From a virus (lineage: Duplodnaviria; Caudoviricetes), in the IMG/VR virus record IMGVR_UViG_3300038455_000058, positions 1 to 59,340 of that record: a stretch of 59,340 nt of DNA. One strand, 5' to 3'. The notes beneath the pieces were generated by a model. The model worked only from the letters and a program-made list of their open reading frames with translations, did not search any database and was not told the origin of the DNA. How positions within the stretch are numbered: position 1 is the first letter of the stretch; each line of letters opens with the position of its first letter. The position numbers and the translations under genes are program-made. This document shows positions 17,903 through 28,373 of the stretch, in pieces.

Positions 17903-18312
17903 CCACCCAACTAGGCCCCGTCGAGGAGTTCATCCTGACCGAGGCGAGGCGGCGCCTGTCTGACGGTGCGGACGTCTATGGTGCGTGGCCGGAGGACGAC
18001 CAACGCGATCTGACACTCGAAGCGAACGCGGAGCTTGTCGATTGTCTGCACTACTCGCTCGCCGAGATTCGCCAGCTACGCCGTCAGGTCCGCGACCTCC
18101 AATCCGACTCCACTTCCAAGCTGGAGGAGAACCGGACCCAACGCACCACGATCGCCGAGCTCCGCGCCGGCAACGAGGCGCTGATGCGTGCATTGCGCGA
18201 GAGAGACGAGACGATTGCGCACCTGGAGCACGAGCTGGCAAGCGCCAGCGCGCTGCTTTTCACGGAGGCGGAGATCGAGTCACAACCCGAGCCGGAGATG
18301 GAGTTGCCATGA
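17899..18312 (+). CDS. MazG-like/dNTP pyrophosphatase-like protein with coiled coil
   Basis: R...G...YG...EANAELVD..HY. Confidence 0.55.
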   Translation: MTTQLGPVEEFILTEARRRLSDGADVYGAWPEDDQRDLTLEANAELVDCLHYSLAEIRQLRRQVRDLQSDSTSKLEENRTQRTTIAELRAGNEALMRALRERDETIAHLEHELASASALLFTEAEIESQPEPEMELP

Positions 18313-18587
18313 AAGATAGCGATAGAGCCGCCATCCTCGCGCTGGCGTACGGCGTTTCGCAGCCCATCCGCGTGATCGGGCAAGCTCTCCTCAGGATCCA
18401 CGAGGAGCTTGAGTGCTTCGCCGAGTCCCTCTCCGTCGAGTCCACTGAGACCGCCAAGGAGTGCCAGACGATACCTGCGCCGCCGCCTGAGGTGCTTGCC
18501 GATCCTGACGGGTGGGTGGCGGATGGCGAGGCATTGAGACGCAAAGATTGGGAGAGCTACCTAGTTCCCAGGGTGAGTGAGAGATGA
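18309..18587 (+). CDS. Hypothetical protein
   Basis: ATGA coupling both sides. Confidence 0.5.
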   Translation: MKDSDRAAILALAYGVSQPIRVIGQALLRIHEELECFAESLSVESTETAKECQTIPAPPPEVLADPDGWVADGEALRRKDWESYLVPRVSER

Positions 18588-18967
18588 CCGACTCGAGCAT
18601 TCGCGAGGCGTTCCGCAAGATGCAGCGCCAAGTCTACGCCCTCGCCGCAGAGAAGGGGTGGCACCCGGATGGTAGGGCGGACACGCCGGACAAGATTGCG
18701 GATTACGTGCCTCGCGCCGTCGCCAACCTTCATGGCGAGATGTCCGAGCTGTGGGAGGCATACCGCGCAGGCAAGCTTTACGAGCCGTGCGACAAGGCGG
18801 ACCGCATGGAGGAGCCGCTCACGTGCCTGGAGGAGGAGCTCGCTGATATCGGGATCCGATTGATGGATGGGGCAGAGAAGCTTGGCGTGGACCTGGGTAG
18901 GGCCATCGCGATTAAGCATTCCTACAACTCTGTGAGGCCGCATCGCCACGGCGGGAAGTTGGCCTGA
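18584..18967 (+). CDS. MazG-like NTP pyrophosphohydrolase
   Basis: [35 protein letters not shown]. Confidence 0.85.
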   Translation: MTDSSIREAFRKMQRQVYALAAEKGWHPDGRADTPDKIADYVPRAVANLHGEMSELWEAYRAGKLYEPCDKADRMEEPLTCLEEELADIGIRLMDGAEKLGVDLGRAIAIKHSYNSVRPHRHGGKLA

Positions 18968-19467
18968 TGCCACGCAAAGCAAAGCCTACAGAATCTAGGT
19001 TCTGGCCCAAGGTGGAGAAGTCTGACGGTTGCTGGGCCTGGATTGGCGGAACATTCAAGCGCTCTGGGTATGGTGCCTTCAATGACACGACTAGGGTAGT
19101 TACGGCACACAGAAAGTCCTGGGAACTGCACTTCGGCGAGGTCCCTTCTGGTCTATTCGTGCTGCACAAGTGCGACAACCGCGTGTGCGTTAATCCAGAG
19201 CACCTATTTCTTGGAACTCACGCAGACAACATGGCCGACATTGGTGCCAAGGGGCGAGCTAGATCAGCAACACTGTCTCGCGATGAAATCGAGTCAATAC
19301 CGTTGTCGCGGGCCAGCGGTGAGTCATTGGCCACCATATCCGAGCGCCTGGGCGTGTCTAAGCAAGCCGTCTGCTACTGGATCAAGAAGCTTAGCGGTAG
19401 GGCTACGAGGCGTCGTAGCAGTTTTAATGCCACACGGACACACCGCCATGGCGGAAAGGTTGCCTAG
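18967..19467 (+). CDS. HNH homing endonuclease with C-terminal HTH
   Basis: RFWPKVEK...[31 protein letters not shown]. Confidence 0.9.
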   Translation: MPRKAKPTESRFWPKVEKSDGCWAWIGGTFKRSGYGAFNDTTRVVTAHRKSWELHFGEVPSGLFVLHKCDNRVCVNPEHLFLGTHADNMADIGAKGRARSATLSRDEIESIPLSRASGESLATISERLGVSKQAVCYWIKKLSGRATRRRSSFNATRTHRHGGKVA

Positions 19468-19469
19468 AT

Positions 19470-20561
19470 ATGGACATCACAGTTGCACGTAAAGACCTGC
19501 TGCGCCTCGTGGGTCGCTGTCAGGGTGTCGCGGACAAGAAGAGCGCGATGCCCATGCTGGCAAACGCGTTGCTGGCGGCGGAGAGTGACTCGCTCCGCGT
19601 GAGCGCCACGGACTTGTATCTCAGCGTGTCCGGCTCCTGTGATGCCGAGGCGGCTAAGCCAGGTACCATCGCCGTCCCCGCCAAGGACCTCATGGAGCGC
19701 ATCAAGATGATGCCCGATGGTCCTGTGCGGCTCACCGCAAAGGACTGCAAGCTGACGCTGAAGGCTGTTGGCGCGGCTCGGCGGTACACGCTGCAAGGGA
19801 TGCCGGGGGAGGAGTTTCCGAAGCTGGCAGCGCCCGCCGGGCGCGCGATGGAGTTGCAGACTGACGCGTTCCTGAGCCTCATCGATCGGACGGCCTTCAG
19901 CATCTCGCCGGACGAGACCAGGGCACACGTCAACTCGGCGCTCCTGGAGCTCCGCTCCGCATCGTGCCTCATGGTCACCACCGATGGGCACCGCCTGTCC
20001 AAGTGCGAGGTTGGGATGCCCGATTCGGGACCTGATGACCACTGCCAGCTGTTGCTACCCAAGCGCGCCGTGGACGAGATCAAGCGCCTACTGGACACGG
20101 ACTCTGGGACTTTCACGTTCTCCACCGAGGGACCGTACGCGTTCTTTGCGGTCGATGGCTTCCAGTTCGCCTGCAAGCTCACCGACGCCAACTTCCCGCC
20201 CTACGCACAAGTCATCCCGAAGACCACCGCAAACAAGCTGACCGCGCCTCGCGCATTGCTTGCCGACGCCCTCCGTGCCGTCTCGCTGGCGTCGAGTGAC
20301 GGGACGGGCGGCGTCAAGCTCACGATCGAGCCGGATAAGCTGACCGTCACCGCCGAAAGTCCAGACAGCGGCAACGCGTCGGACGAGGTGGCGGTGGTGA
20401 GCTCGGGCAAGGGCGTTATCGGCGTCAACGCGCGGTACGTGCTCGATGTGCTTGGGTGTCTCGAGTGCGAGGAGGTGGAGGTTGGGTTTGGGGGTGAGCT
20501 GGATCCGGTGGTGATTCGGGATGGTGAATATGTGGCGGTTGTGATGCCGATGAGGGTGTGA
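19470..20561 (+). CDS. dnaN: DNA polymerase III beta sliding clamp
   Basis: Full length 363 aa; ATDL, EFP, VTTDGHRL, FPPY.QVIP, VVMPMRV. Confidence 0.95.
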   Translation: MDITVARKDLLRLVGRCQGVADKKSAMPMLANALLAAESDSLRVSATDLYLSVSGSCDAEAAKPGTIAVPAKDLMERIKMMPDGPVRLTAKDCKLTLKAVGAARRYTLQGMPGEEFPKLAAPAGRAMELQTDAFLSLIDRTAFSISPDETRAHVNSALLELRSASCLMVTTDGHRLSKCEVGMPDSGPDDHCQLLLPKRAVDEIKRLLDTDSGTFTFSTEGPYAFFAVDGFQFACKLTDANFPPYAQVIPKTTANKLTAPRALLADALRAVSLASSDGTGGVKLTIEPDKLTVTAESPDSGNASDEVAVVSSGKGVIGVNARYVLDVLGCLECEEVEVGFGGELDPVVIRDGEYVAVVMPMRV

Positions 20562-21533
20562 ATGGATCCTCTGATCCCCATCATCCCGAGGCAGAAAGTC
20601 ATCTCCTGGCCAAAGTACCTTTATGGTCCAGCGGTGCCATATCTGCCGCTCTCGGCGGCATTGACTGGCACATACTCAACTGACGCCCATACGGCCGCGT
20701 ACTCGGCGCCTGATGTCCCAAGGCGTCTCTGTCTTGATGCCGTTCGATCACCTCAGGCGATCGTGGACCTGGACGGCGGAGTGGACATGGTGCTCGCCAT
20801 GTTCGATGTCGACAGACACGACACTGGAGATGTACCGACGTGGTGGTCAGCAGAGCACAAGAAGTTGCGCGCGCTTCTGGCGTCTCACTGGAACGGCTTC
20901 GTGTATCGCACTAGAGGCGGATACAGGATCGTCTATCGGATCGATCCGATCCTCATCGGCTCCGATGCGGACGCGGCACTCTGGACGCGGCGCTATCTAG
21001 CTTGGTGCGTTCACCTAAAGAAAGGCTTCGATATCGATTGCGACCCGTCGTGCTCTGAGTGGGTGCGTCTCTACCGGTTGCCGCACGCGACTCGAGATGG
21101 CTCCACTGAGCCAGAGAACCTTCCGACGCTTGGTGACGCGCGCAACGTTGGCATCTGGCGCCCAGAGCTATCAGAGTACGACTGGGTGCTAGCTGACTCG
21201 TTCAAGCCGACGAAGCGCCGCGAGTACCAGCCACGTGCCCATTCTACGGCCGCCGGTGACGGCGTTCTGTTCTACGCCTTCCGCGCTAGGGGGTGGGTGG
21301 GACAGGCCGTTTCTCCGGGCAAGTGGTCGGTGACGTGCCCGTGGGAGTCGTCGCACTCGAAAGGCGACCGGTTCAACACGTCCACGATTCTGTATGCGCC
21401 GGGCCATGGCGAGAAGCTCGGGTGGTTGAAGTGCAGTCACGCCCACTGCCAAGGGAGGACGATGAAAGACCTTTTGAGCCAGTTCTCCGAATACGAGATC
21501 GAGCGGGCCGAAGTCTGCGCGGGTGTGAGATGA
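20562..21533 (+). CDS. AEP primase-polymerase-like protein with Zn-binding C-terminus
   Basis: FDVD, YRTRGGYR, D...RLYRLP; CPW...H...CSHAHC. Confidence 0.7.
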   Translation: MDPLIPIIPRQKVISWPKYLYGPAVPYLPLSAALTGTYSTDAHTAAYSAPDVPRRLCLDAVRSPQAIVDLDGGVDMVLAMFDVDRHDTGDVPTWWSAEHKKLRALLASHWNGFVYRTRGGYRIVYRIDPILIGSDADAALWTRRYLAWCVHLKKGFDIDCDPSCSEWVRLYRLPHATRDGSTEPENLPTLGDARNVGIWRPELSEYDWVLADSFKPTKRREYQPRAHSTAAGDGVLFYAFRARGWVGQAVSPGKWSVTCPWESSHSKGDRFNTSTILYAPGHGEKLGWLKCSHAHCQGRTMKDLLSQFSEYEIERAEVCAGVR

Positions 21534-22405
21534 GCTGGATCAAGCTCGATGACAACTTTGCCGACCACCCCAAGATGGTGACCGCTGGCCCGTTGGCGAT
21601 GATCCTACATGTGAAGGCCATGCTGTACTGCGCCAGGTACCTCACCGACGGATTCGTCCCGGCAGGCATAATCAACTCTCTGGTTGACTGGGAGCACGCT
21701 GGCGTATGTATCCGTGTGTCGTCGGGGGACTTCTCGGAGTCCTTTGAGCAACCAAACAATCAAGCACTTGCTCAAGCACTTGCTCAAGCACTTGCTTGGC
21801 ATGTTGTTGACGGTGGGTATGAGATCCACGACTACCTCAAGTACAACCCCTCTAGGGATGAGTGTCTCGCCAGGAGAGCTAAGCGCAGTGAGGCTGGAAA
21901 AAACGGCGGCAAGAGGTCTGCCACATTACGTTCCGAAGCAAAGTCTCAAGCAAACGGCAAGCAAGAGGTCAATCAAACCGCCAAGCAAACGGCAAGCAAA
22001 ACTCAACCCCGTACCCGTACCCGTACCCCTAATAGAGAGATCGCGGCTGCCGCCGCGGCCCAAGGTGAGCGTTCGGACTACACCAAGATCGTCGACTTCT
22101 ACTTCCAGGAGTTTGAGCGCGTCAGAGGGTCCAAGCCACCATTCGGGGATCGGGAGGGCAAGTCGGTCAAGCAACTCCTGGAGTCCACCAAGTCAGCCAA
22201 GAGCGCATGCGACGTCATCAGGACAGCCCTCAACCACAGCTTCTTCGGACCCCAGACCAGCATCAACGCCATCGCCGCAGACCCTGGCAAGTTCGTCGCC
22301 AAGACACCGGCACAGTCTCACAACGTGCTCGATGACGAGCTTGATGATGGTCCCATCGCTCCGGAGATGGGCGCCCTGTTCGCCGACATCGGGAGGACAT
22401 CGTGA
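21530..22405 (+). CDS. Phage replication initiator (replisome organizer)
   Basis: MSWIKLDDNFADHPK, YC...TDG, IHDY..YN, AG..GG; internal iterons; precedes DnaB. Confidence 0.8.
   Translation: MSWIKLDDNFADHPKMVTAGPLAMILHVKAMLYCARYLTDGFVPAGIINSLVDWEHAGVCIRVSSGDFSESFEQPNNQALAQALAQALAWHVVDGGYEIHDYLKYNPSRDECLARRAKRSEAGKNGGKRSATLRSEAKSQANGKQEVNQTAKQTASKTQPRTRTRTPNREIAAAAAAQGERSDYTKIVDFYFQEFERVRGSKPPFGDREGKSVKQLLESTKSAKSACDVIRTALNHSFFGPQTSINAIAADPGKFVAKTPAQSHNVLDDELDDGPIAPEMGALFADIGRTS
21761..22030. repeat. Iteron-like repeats, putative origin
   Basis: (CAAGCACTTGCT)x3 at 21761-21796; CAAGCAAACGGCAAGCAA at 21947 and 21982; (CCCGTA)x3. Confidence 0.65.
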
Positions 22406-23799
22406 GGCTTCTCCCGTGCGACCTAGACGCCGAGGCGGCAGTTGTGTCCGGGTGCGTCTACCACGGTGCCTTTGACCTCATCGCCGACGCCACACGCCCC
22501 GAGCACTTCATGTCGGACGCGTTCGCGAAACTCATCGAGGGCTGCTTCGAGGTATCGCGAGGCGGCGCCAAGCCTGACAGCGTAACAGTAGGCTCCTGGC
22601 TCAAGTCCACGGGCGTGCCGGATCGCTGTGATGACCTTGAGAAGCTAGCCGGGCGCTGTCCAGACCCATCGCAGATCGAAGCGTACGCCAAGATTGTTCG
22701 CGAGAAGTCCATGCAGCGCCGGGCCATCAAGTGGGCCGAGCAGACCGCTGCGCAGGGCTACGAAAACGTAGCCGACGTAGGCGAGTGGCTTTCCGGATGT
22801 GAGCGAGGTCTGTTCGATCTGACCCAGGACAAGCGCGCCGACACGGGCGCAGACATGTCATCGGTGCTTCGGGATGCGTTCTCGGTCCTACTGGAGATCG
22901 AAAACGGCACCCGCCCGGCCATGGGGCTCGAGACCGGCCTAATAGGCTTCGACACCTACACCACGGGCATGAGGCCTGGCGAGCTGTTCGTTGTGGCGGC
23001 TCGTCCTGGGATGGGCAAGACAGCGCTGGCAACCCAGATCGCCGACTACGTTTCGTCAGGCGAGAATCCGGTTGGCGCAATGCTCTTCTCGCTCGAGATG
23101 CCGCGCGAGCAGCTGGCACTACGACTTGTGGCCTCAGAGGCCCACGTTGACTTGCGAAAGCTTCGGTGCGGTCAGCTGGACAGAGTGAAGCTGGACCACT
23201 CAGGGCAGACGGACCATCAACGCGTTGTCGAGGCCGCACGCAGGCTGGCCAGGTCCAATCTGTGGATCGATGATCAGCAGGGCATCACCCCAATCGAGTT
23301 GCTGAGCCGCGTGCGCCGCCGCGCGGCCGAGTGGTCTCGCCGAAACATCAAACTCGGACTCGTTGTCGTCGACTACATCCAACTCATGTCTGGCGGCAAG
23401 AAGTGCGACAACCGTCAGGATGAGGTCTCGTACATTTCGCGGAGCCTCAAGTCTCTTGCGCGCGAGATGAAGATCCCGGTCATTGCGCTGGCACAGCTTA
23501 ACCGCAACGTTGAGAAGCAGCAGGACAAGCGCCCAAACCTTGCGGACCTCCGCGAGTCAGGCGCCATCGAACAAGATGCCGACTGCGTGTGCATGCTGTA
23601 CCGAGACGAGTACTACACGAAGGGAAAGAACCCAAAGACCGTGGGCTACTGTGAGCTCATCGTGGCTAAGCAGCGCAACGGTCCAACCGGGATTATCGTC
23701 CTTGGGTTTGATGCGCAGTGCACCTACTTCAAGAATGTCGATGCCGATGCGCGCAAGCGTTACAAGATTGCGGTAAAGCTGATGGACTCCGGGGACTAG
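22402..23799 (+). CDS. dnaB: Replicative helicase
   Basis: AARPGMGKT, FSLEM, VVDYIQLM, AQLNR, DLRESGAIEQDAD, KQRNGPTG. Confidence 0.95.
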   Translation: MRLLPCDLDAEAAVVSGCVYHGAFDLIADATRPEHFMSDAFAKLIEGCFEVSRGGAKPDSVTVGSWLKSTGVPDRCDDLEKLAGRCPDPSQIEAYAKIVREKSMQRRAIKWAEQTAAQGYENVADVGEWLSGCERGLFDLTQDKRADTGADMSSVLRDAFSVLLEIENGTRPAMGLETGLIGFDTYTTGMRPGELFVVAARPGMGKTALATQIADYVSSGENPVGAMLFSLEMPREQLALRLVASEAHVDLRKLRCGQLDRVKLDHSGQTDHQRVVEAARRLARSNLWIDDQQGITPIELLSRVRRRAAEWSRRNIKLGLVVVDYIQLMSGGKKCDNRQDEVSYISRSLKSLAREMKIPVIALAQLNRNVEKQQDKRPNLADLRESGAIEQDADCVCMLYRDEYYTKGKNPKTVGYCELIVAKQRNGPTGIIVLGFDAQCTYFKNVDADARKRYKIAVKLMDSGD

Positions 23800-23804
23800 T
23801 AGCA

Positions 23805-24332
23805 ATGACCTGGCACAACCTAGCCGAGGACCTCTCCGAGGAATTCAGCTCGGATTCAAGTATCGATCCGGAAGACCTCGTGTCAATGAATCTGCGATGG
23901 CATCCCACACCACTGAGGTATCTCGAGGGATGGGACAACTACTTCGTCAGGCTGCGCGAGAAGAAGACCGCGGCGACGCCCGAGCGAAAGGCGCCGAAGC
24001 GCAAGCCCGTGTCCAAGGCGAAGCCGTGCAGTGGCGTGTGTGGCTGGTGCGGCGAGCTGTTCGAGAGGGACAAGACCGATCGCTGGGTAAGGTTCTGCGG
24101 CAGGAAATGCCAGCGGCTGCACTGGGACCACCATCACCTCGAGGCGGTGAGGGCGCAGAGCCGTGCATCGCAGGCCAAGTACAGGCGCAAGGTGGCAGAC
24201 AAGCGCGCGGCGATGCGGTTGACGTGTGCATGGTGCCGCGCCGAATTCTCTCCGGGTAGGTTTGGTCAGATTCCAAGGTACTGCGGCAAAGTGTGCATGA
24301 ACAAGGCATTCAATCGGAGGCGCCATGGCTGA
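23805..24332 (+). CDS. Protein with two CxxC...YC/FC...C Zn-ribbon repeats
   Basis: CGWCG..F...FCG.KC and CAWC..F...YCG..C. Confidence 0.6.
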   Translation: MTWHNLAEDLSEEFSSDSSIDPEDLVSMNLRWHPTPLRYLEGWDNYFVRLREKKTAATPERKAPKRKPVSKAKPCSGVCGWCGELFERDKTDRWVRFCGRKCQRLHWDHHHLEAVRAQSRASQAKYRRKVADKRAAMRLTCAWCRAEFSPGRFGQIPRYCGKVCMNKAFNRRRHG

Positions 24333-24843
24333 TGCACTTGTCTCTCGCGGCTCCCTCGCCTCAATCCAGCGCCTCCGCCGGCTGCACAAGGATCCGCACC
24401 TCTTGGTCCTGGACTTCTGCACCCAGTCCGATGGCGCGAAGGTAACCGAAGAGCGCGAGCTGCCGTTGGACAGGATTCATCGGATGGCGGATGCAATGCG
24501 CGAGAAGATGGCTAGGTTGGATCCAATGACTGGATTGCCGAAGGAAGAGGATCGATGATGTCCGGATACAATGGTGTCCCGAAGACACACAACGGAGAGC
24601 CATTTCCGTGGCGCAAGGCGCAGCGTCTTGCCAAGCTGCGCGCGTTTCTGGACCGGATGGCTGTGTATGAGCTGCCAGGATGCGCCAAGTGTGAGGGTGT
24701 TGTGATTGGGCTGCGCGTGCCCAAGAGACACCAGCGCAACTGCAAGAAGCGAGGCTTTCGTGTTGTCGTGGAAGATGGCATGAACGCCAGACAGCGCAGA
24801 GCAGCAAAGCGAGCGGCGACGCGAGCGGCAAAGGAGAACGGCG

Positions 24844-25596
24844 ATGGCGAAGGTTGAGGTTGGGCAAATTTGGCAGTACAGGAATTGTACTGGTGGCGGC
24901 GGTTCCACGTGGCGTGTGACTAGGGTCGAGTCCGGCACGGTGGCTATGTGCGAGTGTATCCAGTCAGACGACGGCTTGAATCTTGGCGTCTCACTATGGA
25001 CCCTCGAATACCCTGGCTGGACCCTAGTATCCGAGTCGGAGGGGCGGGTGGAAACGGACGATGAACTTCGCGAGCGGCTCCTGGCATATGGTGGTTGGGA
25101 TGTTGACGGTGTGCCGGCCATCATGCGCGCCGACTCCGAGAGACTGGACGTGATCGCGGAGAGTATCGGAATTCATCGGCGCGAGGCGAAGGTGCCAACC
25201 GCGTGCGTGACTCCAGGAGTCGAGTACAAGCGCTTTACCATCAACGGCGCTGCCACCACGCCAGCCAACGTAAAAGTGGCGTGCGCAGACTTCGTTCAGC
25301 AGCACCGGATCGAGCTCCCTGGCGGCGACATTGCTGATGTCAAGGTTTACGCGGTGCCGCGTGAAGCACCCAGGCCCGTCCCGCCCGAATTCAGAGCCGA
25401 AGTGTGGACCGGCGGGCGCCTGTATTTGAAGCACTGCAACGCAGACGCACATCCAGACGACGTGGTGCTGATGGAGCGGACTGGAGCCAAGTCATGGCGG
25501 GCGCACACGATGGAGTGCGGCACCAGGCGGCTGAGGGATGCGAGCCGTGGGTACGCGGATGCAATCGCCCGTTGGCGCGCTGGGAGCGGACAGTGA
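24844..25596 (+). CDS. Hypothetical protein
   Basis: Long ORF in operon; GQIW and ETDDELRERL motifs. Confidence 0.6.
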   Translation: MAKVEVGQIWQYRNCTGGGGSTWRVTRVESGTVAMCECIQSDDGLNLGVSLWTLEYPGWTLVSESEGRVETDDELRERLLAYGGWDVDGVPAIMRADSERLDVIAESIGIHRREAKVPTACVTPGVEYKRFTINGAATTPANVKVACADFVQQHRIELPGGDIADVKVYAVPREAPRPVPPEFRAEVWTGGRLYLKHCNADAHPDDVVLMERTGAKSWRAHTMECGTRRLRDASRGYADAIARWRAGSGQ

Positions 25597-25962
25597 AAGA
25601 AACTCTTGTCGTCCTAGGCATCCTCCTGGTCCTGTCAGCAATCCCAGCATGCTGCGGCGCCATCGCGTATGGCTGCGCGAGAGTGGCTGGAGCCGGGTGG
25701 AAGGCGGGGACGCGGTGAGTAAGTACGCGTGTCTCACGTGTGGCGAGGAGCCATCGGTGCGGCCTGGGTATGTACTCTACAGCTGCGGATGTGTAAACGG
25801 TAAACAGGCCAAGCGCTGCGATAGATGCGAAAGAAAGATGCACCATCTCACCATTCCGTGCCCAGATGATCGGCCGGGATGTCTAGTCTCGCATGGACGC
25901 TGGGTATGCGCAGTCTGCGAGGAGTGCGATATGCGTGCCGCGGCAAACGAGAGGTGTGGACT

Positions 25963-26295
25963 ATGACCCCCGCGGCGAAGTACCTGGCGGAGGTGCGGAA
26001 GCTCCTCGAGGCGGCGACGCCGGGAAAATGGGAGTGGGACGGCAGCTATATCAACGCAACGGAGTCCTGCACATCAGTGGTGGCAGGCATCTACAGCTAC
26101 CCACTGGCCATCAGTGATGCCGACGCCAGCCTCATCGCTGCCGCGCCCGAGGCGCTGGCGAAGCTGGTGGCTGTGGCTGAGGCGGCGCTGGAGCTGTCTC
26201 AGGGCTACCACCTGATCCATGCGACGCCTGAGCGTCGGGCGGCAGGGGCAAGACTGCGCGAGGCGCTCGCCGCGCTGGGGGAGGGCGGGGAGTGA
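25963..26295 (+). CDS. Ead/Ea22-like protein
   Basis: ATPGKW...DASLIAAAP. Confidence 0.6.
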   Translation: MTPAAKYLAEVRKLLEAATPGKWEWDGSYINATESCTSVVAGIYSYPLAISDADASLIAAAPEALAKLVAVAEAALELSQGYHLIHATPERRAAGARLREALAALGEGGE

Positions 26296-26347
26296 GGCGG
26301 CGTTCTGTGCCCGAAAACAGAGGTAATGCAGTGGTTAGTTTCAATGG

Positions 26348-26980
26348 GTGAGCAAAGACAGAGTACGCGCGGGTTACCTGGCTCGGTTACCGAGATACGA
26401 GCGGATGCGGACTCCTCGCAGGACGGCGAGGATACTTGGCGTAGTGATGGAGTTCGATCCATGCGTCTACTGTGGCATGCCGAGCGACGATGTGGATCAT
26501 GTCCCGCCCCTGTCTCGCGCCGAGACGCTGCTGGACCTAGATCCAGACATTCCGCTGTGGACCGTTCCAGCGTGCTCAACCTGCAACAGGTGGCTGGGCT
26601 CGGCGCCGACACACACCGTCGGTGGACGTCGCTCTATCATCATAAGCAAGCTCGCGAAGCTGGCGTCGGGTCGTGGGTTCGCGTGCTGGACCGAGGAGGA
26701 GTTATCGGAAATAGGGCCCAATATGCAGCGCGAGATCCGCTCCAAGATGCGGCAGGACGATCTGTTGCTGTCTAGGCTCCAGTGGGCCCGCGATATGCCA
26801 GTCCTGCTGGATATTAACGGGGAGGCGGTCCCCGAGCACATGCTGAGGACGCCAGCGCGTATAGTTGACGCCATGTCGTGTCGACACTGCGGCGAAGAGT
26901 TCGTGAGGGGCTACAAGAACCAGGCCTATTGCTCTGCTGTGTGCCGCAAGACTCACAACAAGAGGCCCGCCGAGCGGTGA
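26348..26980 (+). CDS. HNH endonuclease, leaderless
   Basis: CVYCG...DHVPP...VPACSTCN; GTGGT-TAGTTT-6-GTG. Confidence 0.8.
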   Translation: MSKDRVRAGYLARLPRYERMRTPRRTARILGVVMEFDPCVYCGMPSDDVDHVPPLSRAETLLDLDPDIPLWTVPACSTCNRWLGSAPTHTVGGRRSIIISKLAKLASGRGFACWTEEELSEIGPNMQREIRSKMRQDDLLLSRLQWARDMPVLLDINGEAVPEHMLRTPARIVDAMSCRHCGEEFVRGYKNQAYCSAVCRKTHNKRPAER

Positions 26981-27381
26981 AGCAAAACATTGTGCCTTGC
27001 CGCCCGGTAGGCTGGCGGTGCGACTCTGGCAAAACAACCCCCACAAAATCCGAGAAACAGGAGATGGATCCGTGACAGTTTCAAGAATACAGGCGCCAGA
27101 CCGCCACGCCCTCTACCGGGCCCTTGGGAACGACCGCAGGCCGGTTGTTGCGGCGGCACGGGCCGGTGGGTGTGACCTGGATAGGTGGCGTCACAATGAC
27201 TGGCTCGCCATGGCCCACGCTATTACGCGGCTAGAGGACACATTGGAGCACATGTATCCAAGCGCATCCAGGCTGGCCAGGCGGGCTGAGATCCGCGTGG
27301 CAAGGCGTGTCCTGGAGGATGCCCACCGCGCCGCCGATGCTGTGGAGCTGGATAGGCGCGATGGGACATCCAGGGTGCGCC

Positions 27382-27849
27382 GTGCCTCGTAGACCAGCCG
27401 CAGACGGTCTGGACCGCATCTTCGTTGGGTTCGGCAACAAGGCGGAGGCTGCGCTCGAGAGGCTGGCGCAGGAGGCCGAGAACCCCACGCTTAGGCTGGT
27501 GGTCTTGGGTCCTCCTGTACCCAAAGGTAGGCCGCGCCACTCACGCAACGGCCACACATACACCCCGCAAGCCACCAGGGACTATGAGCGTCTTATCCAG
27601 GCGGAGGCGATCAAGGCTGCGATTCCGTTCGGGCGAATGCCTGTGTTCGATAAGGGCGTGCCCGTGATCGTGACACTGCGGGTATACCGGGTAGCCAACA
27701 GGGGTGACCTCGACAACTTCCAAAAGTGCCTGGACGCGTGCAATCGGATTCTGTGGGCGGACGATCGGCAGGTGGTGGCAATGGATGCATGGATGGGCGT
27801 GGACAAGGAGAATCCGAGGCTTGAGGTGACAGTGAGGCGGCATGTCTAA
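27382..27849 (+). CDS. rusA: RusA-like Holliday junction resolvase
   Basis: GPPVPKGRPR, YTP..T..YE, GDLDNF.K..LDA.N...W.DD.QVV. Confidence 0.85.
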   Translation: MPRRPAADGLDRIFVGFGNKAEAALERLAQEAENPTLRLVVLGPPVPKGRPRHSRNGHTYTPQATRDYERLIQAEAIKAAIPFGRMPVFDKGVPVIVTLRVYRVANRGDLDNFQKCLDACNRILWADDRQVVAMDAWMGVDKENPRLEVTVRRHV

Positions 27850-28061
27850 GGCGCTAGCGATCAGGCTGATGCCCAATATCGACCTATCTCACCAGGTCAA
27901 TGTCTCGCTTACCCGCGCTATGTGGCCGCCCATCCTGACCGGCAAGATCACCGTCTCGTGTCCACCAGGTACCGAGGGAGAGGCGTTGCGCGGCCTGTGC
28001 CGGTGGCTCGGCATCGTGGTGGAAACGGGGCAGGACGGAGTGATTACTGTGGCGGTGGGAG

Positions 28062-28373
28062 ATGCTTGACCTCACCGAAGTCCCTCCGGGATGGCACGAC
28101 CTGGTGCGCAACATGCGCGCCGATCTGCCGCCGTGCGTGGAGGTAAGGCACGTCAAAAGCAAGTTTGCGAAGCTTGCAGTCGTGCTGAGTGGACCAACGC
28201 CAGACGCGGTAGCTGATGGGTACCACATTGCGGCGAAGTGGACTGATGCGAGCATGCGCACGTGCGAGGAATGTGGTGCGGCTGGATGGTTGAGAGAAGG
28301 TGGATGGATCCGGACACTGTGCGATGCGTGTGAGAAGGTGACAAGGGCTGCGCGGAGGGCGAGTGATGGATGA
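28062..28373 (+). CDS. Conserved phage protein
   Basis: GW..L, VKSKF..L, TCE.CG..G...GGWI.TLC. Confidence 0.65.
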   Translation: MLDLTEVPPGWHDLVRNMRADLPPCVEVRHVKSKFAKLAVVLSGPTPDAVADGYHIAAKWTDASMRTCEECGAAGWLREGGWIRTLCDACEKVTRAARRASDG

